A stretch of DNA of 64,000 nucleotides, taken from NCBI RefSeq assembly GCF_963921235.1, contig NC_086097.1:137332001-137396000 (forward strand), written 5' to 3'. A model generated the notes under the pieces. That model was not told where the DNA came from, did no database searches, and was given only the letters and a program-made list of their open reading frames with translations. Shown here one piece after another: positions 62,562 to 64,000 of this stretch (position 1 is the stretch's first letter; the number at the start of each line of letters is the position of its first letter). Origin of the DNA: Mobula hypostoma. Lineage: Eukaryota. Position numbers and translations under genes: made by a program.

Positions 62562-62766
62562 AAATAAAGTTATTTACAAAAAACCATTAGTTGACTCTGA
62601 GTCCTTATTCAATAAATAAAGTTATTTACAATGAATCATGCATTGACTCTCAGTTCTTATTCAAAATAAAGATTTTTACAATAAATCATTCGTTGATTCT
62701 CAAACCTTAGTCAAGAATAAAACTTAGTTACAATAAAAATATTTATAGCCAGGCGTTGACTCTCAT
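62562..62766. repeat. About 4 diverged tandem copies of a ~51-bp AT-rich unit
   Basis: aataaagttatttacaa...ttgactct....cttattcaa starts at about 62562, 62613, 62664 and 62716. Confidence 0.8.
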
Positions 62767-62899
62767 TTCTTTACCGAAGTTCCTTTACGGTCTATACCTT
62801 TCCACATTTCCAGCCACTCCTGTGGCACCATGTTGATTCATCTATCCACACCGCTGATGAGGGGTATACTCCTCCACACCCAACCCCTCCCACTCCCGC

Positions 62900-63550
62900 G
62901 GGATGTCTGAGCATGTCTAGTCCAGTGGTATTTATACCCCGCAGTCTGTCCCTCCTGATTGGTTAGTCCTTATCCAGTCAGGTTTCCGCTCTCCCACTTT
63001 GTTTACAATTGAATTCCAGTTCTTACTTAGAGCGAGAACTTTGCCTTTGTTAAAATTCTTTGCCTCTTGTTTCATTTCAATGGTTTCCTTTACCAGGTGG
63101 TCCCAAAAGCCACTGGCGTGGCACAGCAGTTTGTGCCGAAATCAATCCTATGGCCGTTGCGAATGCAGTGTTCTGCTATCACCGATTTCTCTGGGTAACA
63201 CAAACGGGTACACCTCCTGTGCTCCTTGATGCAGGTTTCCACAGTATAACCCGCCTGGCCAACATACACTGCTCTGCATTCACAGGGAATCCTGTAAATG
63301 CCAGCCAACCTGAGTCCCAGGTCATCTTTGACCCACATAAGCTGTGACTAGAGCTTCCTTACAGGTTCTAATGATCCTTCCAGGAACCGTGGAAAAATAG
63401 GGAAGACAGGTGGTAGCGACAGGTCCCTCCTTCTTGTTAGGTTTCCTGGTTTTTCCATCAGCCCTTTAAGGACCTGATTGATTTCCTTTACCTTGTAGCC
63501 ATTCTGTAGGAAAGTCATGCATTATTGTCTTATTTCCTCTGGGAGACTGA
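62900..63550 (-). mobile_element. Second type of Penelope-like element (GIY-YIG and RT C-terminus)
   Basis: KDDLGLRLAGIYRIPCECRAVYVGQ...IKEHRRC...KSVIAEH; upstream FLQNGY motif; KEAIEMK...FNKG downstream. Confidence 0.85.
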
Positions 63551-64000
63551 ATTAAAGTTTACAAAATTTCTAAGTTTCATTTCCATTTTAGTTTACTTTT
63601 AATTTTTCCAATCATAATGATGAACTTCTGAAAATTTAAACTTTTGACAAAGTCATTAGATCAGTTGAACAAATGTATCAGACTTTGTTACAAATGCAAA
63701 TTGATAATGCAACTGCAATTAGTGCCAAATTAAATGCAGAAAAAAAGAATGAAATAATACAATTGGTGGTCAAGAGAAGGTTAAACAGGAAGGCAAGGTA
63801 GGCACAGACTTGAGCAGGTCCATTCTACTGGTCTTTTGTACTCTATCTCCTTATAGCTATAGAAGTACTGTACTAAATCGGTAATTGGTATCTTATTATC
63901 ACGTGCATTGAGATAACAAAAAGATTTTGTTTGCGTGCCATCCAGGCAGATCATTTCATACACAAGTGCACTAAGGCAGTACAAAACAATGCAAAATAGT

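Overview
Vertebrate genomic DNA. The repeat families suggest a cartilaginous fish, probably a ray (inference). One host protein gene is recognisable: POMGNT2/GTDC2, with its whole CDS in one minus-strand exon (25833-27587). A good splice acceptor lies at 27655, and a CpG-rich candidate promoter/non-coding first exon at about 53480-54010 implies a first intron of about 26 kb. The rest is dense with nested mobile elements: many CR1-type LINEs (one near full length with an esterase ORF1), a decayed Ty3/Gypsy chromovirus, Penelope-like elements (PLEs) of two types, Rex/Babar tails, a HERO-like restriction-endonuclease LINE fragment, hAT/Charlie, Tc1-like and TTAA/TWA-flanked MITEs, and old DeuSINE-like SINEs. 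Most notable: (1) the PLE terminal repeats carry minimal type I hammerhead ribozymes, and the two best-preserved copies lie in sense orientation within the predicted POMGNT2 intron; (2) a minisatellite of about 56 x 40 bp, with higher-order structure, was amplified from the conserved motif of the Gypsy gag gene; (3) there are several templated insertions, foldback PLE mini-elements and a module shared between unrelated DNA transposons. All family assignments come from motif recognition by eye, not from database searches, and boundaries of decayed elements are approximate.
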